Below the pieces are notes generated by a model, which worked only from the letters and a program-made list of their open reading frames with translations, was not told where the DNA came from and searched no databases. DNA of 64,000 bases from contig OX597816.1 in the NCBI GenBank assembly GCA_951406725.2, forward strand, positions 1,860,001 through 1,924,000. The letters run 5' to 3'. The DNA is from Octopus vulgaris (taxonomy: Eukaryota). Position numbers and translations under genes: made by a program. Shown here piece by piece: positions 50,103 to 61,867 of this stretch; positions within the stretch are counted from its first letter, which is position 1; the number at the start of each line of letters is the position of its first letter.

Positions 50103-50103
<1 letters not shown>
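49160..50103 (+). mobile_element. RTE-LINE ORF2 C-terminus contiguous with the family-C 3' UTR
   Basis: WAKFRELLPLLATKGLSLKMKGRLYDA..HGSEIW..GHMMHMDEDSCVKK..GRGRSRKTWDEVV runs into the hairpin repeats, core and GAT tail, linking family C to this LINE. Confidence 0.9.
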
Positions 50104-50119
<16 letters not shown>

Positions 50120-50149
<30 letters not shown>

Positions 50150-50257
50150 TGTATGTATGTATGTATGTATGTATGTATGTATGCATGCATGTATGTATGT
50201 ATGTATGTATGTATGCATGTATGTATGTATGTATGTATGTATGTATGTATGTATATA
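50120..50257. repeat. (ATGT)n microsatellite
   Basis: Visible directly. Confidence 0.95.
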
Positions 50258-50699
50258 TTAGGTTGTTTCACATGGAATTTTGCATTTTTAATTACTCGTT
50301 ATTTCAGTTAAAAATCCCACTTATGTCTATCTTTGCATTTAATATTGACTCCTTTTCTTTCCCAACAATATTGGTATACAATATTCATACCCACAGTTGG
50401 ACTTATTCTATTGTTCTCTTTTGCTGAACTGCTAAGTTAGAATATAATGACACTAACACTAATTCTCAAGTGGTGGTGGGGGCGAATGTAGACACAAAAC
50501 ACACAAACACACATGGACATGAGCACACACACACACACACACACACACACATCACACACATGCACACACACACATACATGCACACACGCACACACAAACA
50601 CACACACACACACACGCACACGCACACACACACACAAGGTGTTGATATAATTTAATTTAGGCAAATGAAACTAAACGTTTAATGTTGAGAAAATTACGA

Positions 50700-51780
50700 T
50701 TTATTCATCAAAATTTAAATAAGAAATTCAAAAGTAAAATTTCATGGATGATTTCACAGGATTTTGCAAGTTTTTAATATGCCCACCACCTATGACACAG
50801 CAGAAGTCAAGTTGGTAGGCCAACTCCTGCGAGACACACTGCAGCATCCTTTGAGTAACATTTTTCAGTGTGGCAGTGATTCTCTGCTTGAGTTCGTCTA
50901 AGCTAGGAAGGGACAAAGACCAGTCCCTTTGCATAGACCCAGAAGAAAAAATTGCAAGGTGTCAGGTCCAACAAATGTGACAACCATTTCAACAACACAT
51001 TGTCTTCACCACCAGCCTCCCTCATCCGTCTCCCTCGCAGATTCGCATTCAGACAAGGCTTCTCAGTGAGCTTCCAGTGAGGTCAAACCCTTACGGTTGA
51101 TAAGTGATGGTGTTCAGATTCATTTGCAATGAGATTATCAATTAATCTGTTCTGAGGCATTTGCAGATAAACACTGTTGGTCACATTTCCCTCAAATAAA
51201 AGTGTGGAACAGAACAGATTCCCTTTTAGTGAGTCTCTCGTGTCCTCAACTGTGGCATGAGAATTTTCTTTGCCCCAAACATAAACATTATACTTGTTAA
51301 CTTTGCCATTCCTATGCAATGTGGCATTATCACTGAAAACAAGACATTCTTTAAACTTGTCTTCTTCAAGTTTCTCTTGCACATTGACACAGAATTGCTT
51401 GCACTTTTGTCATCTGTCTTTAAGGCCTGAATGAACAGCAGTTTTTAGGATGTCATCCACTGGGGTTTCCTTGTGATAAGACAAACTGTCTTTGGAGGAA
51501 TCTGGGTTTCCACACTGGCTCTTCATATGGATTTTCTGAGGCTTCTCAAACCCACTTGGTTATCTCTTCCAATACTGGTGGTCGTCCAGATCCTTTTGCT
51601 CAGTATAGACAGCCTTCTTCTTTGAACATTTTGTGCCATGTCCAAATCTGCATTGCAATTTTTGGCAAATTCTTTTACATGTGCATACCACACAGTCTTG
51701 TTTGATTGTGTCCAAACATACTCTTATACAGAAAATACTTTTTCTTCTGACAAGAAAAGAAAAAAGCTATAAAACATTAA
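50700..51780 (-). mobile_element. Decayed Tc1/mariner transposase (rosa/DD41D-like)
   Basis: VFSDNATLHRNGKVNKYNVYVWGKENSH, DLTPCNFFFW and SLDELKQRITA..GGGHIKNL; TIRs not confidently seen. Confidence 0.7.
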
Positions 51781-52014
51781 ACAGAATTTTGAGTTGTTTC
51801 TATACATGTTAAATTTTCAGATCATTTGAATGAGGATTTGTCAAGTTATTAAGCTACAAAATTATATAAATTTTTCTTTGGTTGGCCTGAGGCTATAGTA
51901 GAAGACACTTGCCCAAAGTACCAGACAGTGGGACTGAACCCCAAACCATGTAGTTTGAAAGCAAGCTTCTTAACCACACAGATATTACTTGCTGCTATAT
52001 GATAGATGTCTACT

Positions 52015-53215
52015 CAGGGTGCAGACAGTATTTGTTCACATGATGACTCAGGTATCCATCAAGTTTGTCTTCATGACATGTTCTGTTGATCTTACTCAAT
52101 GAACCCACTTTTGGCTTTGCTGACAACCTCCAAGCAACCTCAGAACCGGCCACAGGCTTTCACCACTGTTTCCTGTTTTAGGCCCCTGAAGTCCCTGTTA
52201 CCATGGCCCTCATCTCGTCCTTCATAATGCAGCTGGATTTGTTGGTCTCTCATTCCACTGCACCCCACACCAAGAAGTCAGGGGGATTGCAGTCAGGCAA
52301 ATTGGGAGGCCAAATGTCAGGTGCTGTGTGATTGAAGAAATTCTCTGACATTCAGGCCTGGGTCTTCTTGCGGGTGTGACAAGGTGCAGAGTCTTAGTGC
52401 CACTTGTACGTGCTTCTTGCAGCTACCCTGTCAACCACCATCTTGCTCAGAACATGGATGTAGCCGTTGCTGTTCAGCCTGAGGCTCTCATGGAATAAGT
52501 GGGAGTAGCATGACATCATCTTCACCTTCGATGACTCTGAACTTACGTCTGCATGTCTTTGGACACATCTTTGGGTGAGACAGCAAGCCTCCTGTTCTTC
52601 TGGGAGTTGATCCTCTGGTCATGGCAGAAATTCTCATTAAAGAAGAACCACCGCATGTCTGGCTCCAATGGGTGTTTCAACTTGTTGATCAGCCTGAGTT
52701 GTTTTTCCTGTCTTGGACAGAAATCGTCCCTTCCTCATTTTGTATGAAAAGTAGTGAATGTTCTCAGGCATCACAAGCCTGGTGAGCTTTTCACCCACAC
52801 CTTTCTCCCCGAGCAATGGCACACTTCAACTTGCTGAGATCTCCTGTTGATAATCTCCTGGATTCCACTGAGGAATTCCAGCATTCTGATGGCGTCAGTC
52901 AATCTTCGGTTTTCCTCCCTGCTCTTACCTCGTAGTTGAATCAAGAATCTTCCCAATTCTTTCTGATCTTTACCACCATTCTTCTGCTGACATTGAGGAA
53001 ATTCTGAAATCTCCTTGTTTGTTCTTCCAGCTTGGATTCCAAGGATTCCATGCCTTTTCCATAAGTTGGGAAGTTCAAAATTTTCCAGTTATTCTGCAAA
53101 AAAAAGAAGCAAAAATGGTTATTGTTTTTAAAAAGAAAAACACAGACAAGAAAGTAAAAAACAAATGCATAAAATTAGCAGCTAAAAATTGCAAACAAAT
53201 ACTGTCTGCACCCTG
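52015..53215 (-). mobile_element. Tc1/mariner DD37D transposon relic
   Basis: TIRs CAGGGTGCAGACAGTATTTGT / ACAAATACTGTCTGCACCCTG|TA; WH*DSAPCHT..(37 codons)..PDCNPPDFLVWG with in-frame stops. Confidence 0.85.
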
Positions 53216-53224
53216 TATGTGTCA

Positions 53225-53226
53225 GT

Positions 53227-53274
<48 letters not shown>

Positions 53275-53433
53275 ATGTGTGTGTGTGCGTGTTTGTGTGT
53301 GCATGTGTACTTTATATATATAATATATACTTACATACAAACATATATATGTGTATATATCATATATATATACATATATATATACATACATATATATATA
53401 CATACATATATATATATACATATATATATACAT

Positions 53434-53518
<85 letters not shown>

Positions 53519-53570
53519 TATACATATATATATATATATTTATACTTGTGTGTATCTATATGTGCATATA
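53225..53570. repeat. Compound (TG)n/(TA)n/(CATA)n microsatellite
   Basis: Visible directly. Confidence 0.9.
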
Positions 53571-53865
53571 TCTAAATATTTATGCCTACATCTAAAATTG
53601 GTCCATATGTAAAATCTATTTAGAATATCATTGATATGAAAAAACATTGTAAATAAAAGTGAGAGTTATTTTTAAAAATAGTCCCTTTCCAAAGATCTAA
53701 ATTTATCTTGTCACTAAATCTTGCTGCGTGGATACAGGTTTGATAAAATCTTCATTGAATGGTTAACATAAGGAAGGTCATCGTATTTTAAGCTATCCAC
53801 ACTAAAGTACACAGAAATGTTCAAAATTTGGAAACTAGCAAATGCATCCACACTCACACACACAC

Positions 53866-53905
<40 letters not shown>

Positions 53906-54244
53906 TTTCTCCCTCTTCCCCTCTCCCTCTGTTATTTTAACTGGGTGCTTACCCTATGGCAAAGTTGTAAAGAACATTTGAAATGTTTTTAAGTGATCCA
54001 AATTTAAAACTTTTCATTAAAATTTCTCATTAATTTATGTCCCAGCTTAATAATAACAGAGTTATTTTACTGAATTCTTCGTTATTTTCAACATAATTAA
54101 AACAAAAACAGTTTATTCCAATGGAAATATAGTAACAAAAGGATTAAAGTGATCTGACTTAAACTTTTTCATGAACATTTCTTGTTAATTTGTGTTCCAA
54201 GCAACAAATAATTACTATTATTTCACTAATAATACTTACCTGCC

Positions 54245-54406
54245 ATACTTACCTGGCACAGGGGTAAACCATGATCAGCAAGGTGGTTCTCCCAGAGTGA
54301 GGCACTTCCATTGCACTCCTGTTGGGTTGATCTTTGCGATCGCCCCAAATGTGGGCGACTTGGGTGCTCTATTTCTAAGTGTGGGGTCTGCGTTCGCGCT
54401 CACCCG
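54245..54406 (+). pseudogene. U1: U1 snRNA copy (probable retrocopy)
   Basis: ATACTTACCTGGC 5' end, GATCAGCAAG (70K loop variant), ATTGCACTCC (U1A loop), degenerate Sm site ATTTCTA and terminal GCG-TTCG-CGC stem; inserted in a MITE and followed by a LINE tail. Confidence 0.85.
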
Positions 54407-54971
54407 TAATTTGTTTTTGTGGTGCACCTGAGCACTGTATACAATAATTTCATTATTATTATATATATTATTATTTTAAATTCTTCATTATTAACCAAAA
54501 CAAAGACTGTGCTTCAAATCCAGATTCTAAAGCTGTTTTGCAGACTTTCGCCTCCTTTCTGCAATATTATTCTATAAACAACTACATTCATTAGGATTTC
54601 TACAGACAAAGAGGACAAAGATGTTCGTTTACTTCTCTTCTTTTCTTTCTTCTCATTCCAATTTTTTGCATCAACCTTCTTTGCGTATTTTTCTTCTCAT
54701 TTTTTTCTCGTATTTTCTCATATTTTCTCATTGTCCAGCATTCTGGTTTTTAAATAAATCTAATATGTCAACTGAGCCTGAAAGATTGCTGGAAAGATAC
54801 ATGGCATGTTATCCAAATCTGCCAATTTAATGTATCTTAAAAGCATGAAACTATTAGTAAATCTTTTGTAAGAGTTATTAAATTGTGTGCATTAAATTGA
54901 TATATACATACATGCATATATATATACATACATGCATATATATATATATACATACATACATACATACATAC

Positions 54972-55007
<36 letters not shown>

Positions 55008-55016
55008 GTATATAAT

Positions 55017-55275
55017 CAAAATAAGCAACAAGGGTATTCAAAGGTAGTGTAGTACAATCGTTTCATGCTACTTCATTTTATTAAACAATGTAAGTATTAC
55101 ATCAGTTTTAAAATGTAAAGCAATCTTCAGCCACATATAGAATGAAACGATTGTACTACACTACCTTGGATATCCTTGTTGCTTATTTTGATTATAATCA
55201 CACCATTTGATTTATATGGATAATACCATACCAAATTCTGGTGCCTTTAACTTAAGTACCATATTCTAAATTTTG
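55017..55275. mobile_element. Penelope-like inverted-repeat remnant in (TA)n
   Basis: 55017-55066 is inverted at 55142-55192; encloses a hammerhead motif; related copies at ~16070-16245, 19140-19285 and 36598-36800. Confidence 0.65.
55049..55134 (-). ncRNA. Type-I hammerhead ribozyme motif with extended stem II
   Basis: gtgg-CTGAAGA-ttgct..catttta..tgatgtaa-tac-ttacattg..taaaatg..agcat-GAAA-CGATTG-TA-ctac. Confidence 0.65.
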
Positions 55276-55297
55276 CTGAACTTATATATATATATAT

Positions 55298-55682
55298 GGT
55301 GGCACATAAAAAGCACCATCTGAACGTGGCCGATGCCAGCCCCGCCTCGACTGGCTTCTGTGCCGGTGGCACATAAAAAGCACCATCCGAACGTGGCCGA
55401 TGCCAACAAAGCCTCGACTGGCTTCTGTGCCGGTGGCACATAAAAAGCACCAACCGATCATGACTGATGCCAGACCCCTCTGGCACCTGTGCAGGTGGCA
55501 CGTAAAAAGCACCCACAACACTCGCGGAGTGGTTGGCGTTAGGAAGGGCATCCAGCTGTAGAAATACTGCCAGATCAAACTGGAGCCTGGAGCAGCCCCT
55601 GGCTCTCCAGACCCCGGTCGAACCGTCCAACCCGTGCTAGCGCGGAAAACGGACGTTAAACGATGATGATGATGATGATGAT
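55298..55682 (+). mobile_element. RTE-LINE 3' tail copy with 4 hairpin repeats
   Basis: GGTGGCACATAAAAAGCACC units, core and (GAT)n; an inverted tail copy follows at 55694-55792. Confidence 0.85.
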
Positions 55683-56734
55683 ATATACATTATTCATCAT
55701 CATCATTTAACGTCTGCTTTCCATGCTGGCATGGGTTAGATGGTTTGACTGGAACTGGTATGCTGGAGAGCTGCACCAGGTTCCTGTCTGATTTACCAAC
55801 CTAATAGTGACAGTTATTTTGCTAAATTCTTCATTATTTTCAAAAGTTGATTAAAACAAATGCAATGTCTTTCAACAGAACTATGATAACAAACTCACTC
55901 GTTTCTCAACTCAGTCAACAGGCTTCCATCAAAAAGAATTATTTTTTTTCTGTCTACCAAATCTACTAACAAGGCTCAGAATCATTTCCAGAGCTACAAT
56001 AAAAGACACCTGACCAAGGTGGCATGCAATAGGACCAAAGTGAAAACCTTGTGGTTAAGAAGCAAACTTCTTGGCCACCAGCCATGCCATCCACTTTGGT
56101 TATTCTACCTCCAGACAATGACTATGGCACTGAACATATAACACATCTGAGTTTACTAATTAAGAAAACTGACAATCCAGTCACTATTATTGTCTACTCT
56201 CAAACTAATACAGACAACTCATTCTCTTCTCTTTGTCATGGGACAACACTCAGGGTGTCTTTTTCTTTCTCTGCAGGGTAGACATGTTGTTGAATATCTC
56301 ATATTTTACAACAAGCCATGAATCAATTCGGGGTTTTTTTTTTTTGTATTCTGACGGCCTAATTGGAACAATGAGGGTGTTGTTCCATCCTTAATCCAAT
56401 TCAAAGAAAACTGAAATATTAAAAAAGCATAAAATACACCCCAACTTTACATATTCCATGCAAATTTATTCTGAAAAACCAACAGAAAAAAAACAAAAAT
56501 ACAAACTGTTTTACTGTGTTATTTATTGTTAAGGCCGACACAGTTAAGTGCTTTCTCCTCCTCCTCCTCCTCCTCTTCGTCATCAATGACGTTGTTGTCA
56601 TCATTCTCATCATTGTCATCATTATCATCATCGTTGTCCATGAACATCATCATAATCATCACCTTATCATTGTTGTCGTCATCATCATCATTAGCACCAC
56701 TATCAATGCCACTGTCACAATCACCCCCACTATT

Positions 56735-58730
56735 ACCACCAACCACCACCAACACCACAACCAAATACCACCACCAACACCACCACCAACACCACCACCA
56801 ATACCACCACCAATACCACCACCAACACCACCACCAACACCACCACCAATACCACCACCAACACCACCAATACCACCACCACCAATACCACCACCAATAC
56901 CACCACCAATACCACCACCAATACCACCACCAACACCACCACCAACACCACCACCAATACCACCACCAACACCACCACCAACACCACCACCAATACCACC
57001 ACCAACACCACCACCAATACCACCACCAATACCACCACCAATACCACCACCAATACCACCACCAATACCACCACCAACACCACCACCAACACCACCACCA
57101 ATACCACCACCAATACCACCACCAACACCACCACCAATACCACCACCAATACCACCACCAACACCACCACCAATACCACCACCAATACCACCACCAACAC
57201 CACCACCAATACCACCACCAATACCACCATCAACACCACCACCAACACCACCACCAACACCACCACCAATACCACCACCAATACCACCACCAACACCACC
57301 ACCAATACCACCACCAATACCACCACCAACACCACCACCAATACCACCACCAATACCACCACCAATACCACCACCAATACCACCACCAATACCACCACCA
57401 ATACCACCACCAACACCACCACCAATACCACCACCAATACCACCACCAACACCACCACCACCAATAACACCACCAATACCATCACCAATACCACCACCAA
57501 CACCACCAACCACCACCACCAACACCACCACCAACACCACCACCAACACCACCACCAATACCACCACCAACACCACCACCAATACCACCACCAATACCAC
57601 CACCAATACCACCACCAACACCACCACCAACACCACCACCAACACCACCACCAACACCACCACCAACACCACCACCAATACCACCACCAACACCACCACC
57701 AACACCACCACCAACACCACCACCAATACCACCACCAATACCACCACCAATACCACCACCAACACAACCACCAACACCACCACCAATACCACCACCAATA
57801 CCACCACCAATACCACCACCAACACCACCACCAACACCATCACCAATACCACCACCAATACCACCACCAACACCACCACCACCAATAACACCACCAATAC
57901 CATCACCAATACCACCACCAATACCACCACCAACACCACCACCAATACCACCACCAATACCACCACCAATACCACCACCAATACCACCACCAATACCACC
58001 ACCAATACCATCACCAATACCACCACCAATACCACCACCAACACCACCACCACCAATAACACCACCAATACCATCACCAATACCACCACCAATACCACCA
58101 CCAACACCACCACCAACACCACCACCAATACCACCACCAATACCACCACCAATACCACCACCAATACCACCACCAATACCACCACCAATACCACCACCAA
58201 TACCACCACCAACACCACCACCAACACCACCACCAACACCACCACCACCAATACCACCACCAATACCACCACCAATACCATCACCAATACCACCACCAAT
58301 GCCACCACCAACACCACCACCAACACCACCACCACCAATACCATCACCAATACCACCACCAATACCACCACCAACACCACCACCAATACCACCACCAACA
58401 CCACCACCAACACCACCACCAACACCACCACCAATACCACCACCAATGCCACCACCAACACAACCACCAACACCACCACCACCAATACCACCACCAACAC
58501 CACCACCAACACCACCACCAATACCACCACCAATACCACCACCAATACCACCACCAATACCACCACCACCAATACCACCACCAACACCACCACCAATACC
58601 ACCACCAACACCACCACCAACACCACCACCAATACCACCACCAATACCACCACCAACACCACCACCACCAATACCATCACTAATACCACCACCAATACCA
58701 CTAGCAACACACCCACCACCACCACCACTG
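56735..58730. repeat. 12-bp satellite (CCACCACCAAYA)n, ~2 kb
   Basis: Visible directly; it produces the PPPI, TTTN, HHQY and GGGI ORFs. Confidence 0.95.
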
Positions 58731-58894
58731 CCACTACTAACAACATGGTTATTAGCGCAAGACATTTCTAAAGTTCAGCATGTGACTCCATTGACTTGGT
58801 TTTGCAGAATTTCAACAAAGAATCTTTGTTTCTTACTTGGGGAGTCATTCTTTCTTTTAAGCAAGAGAAATTCCAAGAATGGAAATAAAGAATA

Positions 58895-59247
58895 AATTAT
58901 ACATTTGTACATACAGGTACACATGTACCTACATATGTACATACATACACACATACATACATGTATGTACATACATGCATACATACATATATATATATGT
59001 ACATACATACATTCATATGTACTTATATGTATATATATAAAAATTATATATATATACATATATAACTATATGTGTGTATATACTAATGCATACACATACC
59101 TGCATATAAACAAATAAGAAAATACTATACACACACATATGAAGATACCCATACGCATACTCATCTATATGTAAATGTGTATTTCTTTATATATATACAC
59201 ATACACACGCACACACACATATACATATGGTTGACTACATGTGTGTA

Positions 59248-59344
<97 letters not shown>

Positions 59345-59345
59345 T
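58895..59345. repeat. Compound (CA)/(TA)/(CATA) microsatellite field
   Basis: Visible directly. Confidence 0.85.
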
Positions 59346-60785
59346 CCAGGTGCACATTTTGCTTTCAACAAGTCCTTTTAATCAGGAACTCAGGTGTAAC
59401 AAAATGAAAACATTTCACCTACATTATATGACACAAAAATATTTTGTGAGTTTTTTGTTAGATTACAGTTATTTATGAGCCATTTCCATGGAAACTTACA
59501 GGTTAAGGAATAAAATCAGGAACAGTTGTGGAATAAAAACCAAAACTAAATGCTGAAATTTTCAAAAAATTGGCAGGTAAATATATTTATTGGTAATTTT
59601 TTATTTTTTGTTCATAAATGTATTGAAACTGGCTCTAACCAGAGTCTTGGTGGATGTAGGGGGTGGGGAGGGGGCAGTAACGAAATGGAGAATTATTAAA
59701 GAACTCGAATGTTATGAGTTGTATGACGGATAACTTTGGAAGTAGACTTTTGCTACAGTGGATGATATCAGGAATTATAGCAGACATCATCGGTGGTGGC
59801 AGTGGCAGCAGCGTCGTCATCATCATCATCATCATCATCATCATTTTAACATCCCCTTTTCCATGCTTGCATGGATGGAATGGAGTTTATTCGAGGCAGC
59901 CAGTTGCTCTTCAACCAGTTGCTGTTACTGTTGTGAAACTTCATCTGTTTCCAAACAAGGTAAAGCCACATTTTAGCATAAAATTGAAAATGAACAACGC
60001 TGCTCGTATGACAGTGACACTCATATACAACTCTATCACATGATGACAAGATAAAAGGACAGAAACGTACACACAAATACACCATACATACTTGTGTAGC
60101 ATTCACAACTCATTGCCTGCCACCAAGCCCACCAAGATGTGCACTCATCTTGCACATCTTATGTCAACTCCGTCTCTGTGTCTCTCTGTATGTCTCTTCT
60201 ACTTTTCCTCCCCCTCTCTCTGTATGATGTAAGACCTGGCCAAAGAGAGCTGTTGACCAACAAACCAACCAATATTTATTTCAGTCATTATAATAAAAAG
60301 ACGATAAAATCAAATAAAATAAACAAAAAAATATAGAGAATTCATCAAAAATTTAAAATGTCAAAAATAATGAAAATAAAAAATGCATTTACTGTGTATA
60401 TTCTTTGAACATTTCAAAAAGTTGGATATTTATAGAACAAAACAGCATCTCATTAAAAAAAACATTTTAAGTATTGAATGTGACACAAGATCTTTAATGA
60501 TTTGTCACAAGACTAGGTTCTTCATTTATTTTTATATTTGGCAACCATAAATGATTTCTTCTGAGTTCTTCTGACAACAGCAGAACATGTCAACAACCTG
60601 GATTATTTGTTAACTTTTGTTTTACTGATACTAATTAACTAAAGTCTCTATATCGTTACCAACTATTTGTAGTCATAAAGGTAAGAGAAATAACCTACAA
60701 ACGAAATAAAAACTTCATTAACGGAAAGAGAGATCGTTGTTATACCGTCAAGAATTTTAAGGGTATAAAACCTAAATGCATTTCT

Positions 60786-60926
60786 TATTTCTTTATTGCC
60801 CACAAGGGGCTAAACACAGAAGGGACAAACAAGGACAGACAAAGGGATTAAGTTGATTACATCAACCCCAGTGCGTAACTGGTATTTAATTTATCGACCC
60901 TGAAAGGATGAAAGGCAAAGTCGACC
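60786..60926 (-). mobile_element. SINE (family A), 3' half
   Basis: Reverse complement of the family-A tail; CCTAAATGCATTTCT occurs at both flanks (60771-60785 and ~60925-60939), a candidate TSD. Confidence 0.75.
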
Positions 60927-61389
60927 TAAATGCATTTCTACAGTGGCTCACAGCCTCTCCTTTCATCATTATCATCATTATCATTGGCATCATCATCATT
61001 GTCGTCATTGTTGCAATCATTGTCATCAGTGTTGTCATCATTTTCATCAGCATCATCACTGTCTCATCATTGTCATTGGCATGATGAGGACGATAGTGAT
61101 GATCATCAGCATCGTTGTCATCGTCATTGCTGTTGTCATCATCACTAATATCATCATCATCATTTAAATGTCTTCTTTTCTTTGTATGCAAGGGTCAGAA
61201 GGAATTTGTTGCAGATGTTCTACAGCAGGATGCACTTCCTGTCACCGACCTTCATCTATTTCCAAATAAGATAACATTTCTTCATGGCCAGGCTTGCCTT
61301 GTAAAGCCATTTCAGCCATCATCTTAAACCATTTAATACTAATCCATCTGAGACCACCCCTGTTTATATGATACCATCATATTTCCGGA

Positions 61390-61570
61390 CACACAAAGGG
61401 ATTAAGTCGATTACACCAACCCCAGTGCATAACTGGTACTTATTTAATCAACTCCGAAAGGATGAAAGGCAAAGTTGACCTCGGTGGAATTTGAACTCAG
61501 AACATAGCGGCAGAGAAAATACCGCTAAGCATTTTGCCCGGCATGCTAACGTTTCTGCCAGCTTCCGCCT
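61390..61570 (-). mobile_element. SINE (family A) nested in a piggyBac-type MITE (~61325-61785)
   Basis: Family-A reverse complement; MITE sequence continues on both sides. Confidence 0.7.
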
Positions 61571-61867
61571 TTCCTAGGATGCTATCTGCCAATTTATATG
61601 ATTACATGATGCCACCTGCCTATTTTAAAGTGTTGTAAATTAAAACCTTCTTTGTAAATTCCATGTTAATTTATATTTCATCGACCAACCTAACAGAGAC
61701 AGTTATTTTGTTAAATTCTTCATTATTTTCAAAATTGATTAAAACAAACACAGTGTCTTTTCAACAGAACTATGATAACAAAAGTATCATTTGTCAGCTC
61801 AGTAATTTGAGATGAATGTTTCAGCCATGGACACAATGCAATGAAGCTGGTAGGATACGAACTGCAC

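Noticed and set aside
54245-54406. Functional U1 snRNA gene
   Set aside because: Degenerate Sm site and 70K loop, upstream sequence is a MITE rather than an snRNA promoter, and a LINE tail replaces the 3' box.
55298-55520. Palindromic repeat plus variable spacer pattern resembling a mini-CRISPR
   Set aside because: The spacers are homologous to each other and the array is the 3' UTR of the RTE LINE (see 49160-50103).
56516-58895. 751-aa, 695-aa and other Pro/Thr/His/Gly-rich ORFs, superficially like mucin, beak His-rich or Gly-rich structural proteins
   Set aside because: Open in almost every frame because the 12-bp repeat has no stop codons; no unique domain or splice signals, and the frame shifts within the array.
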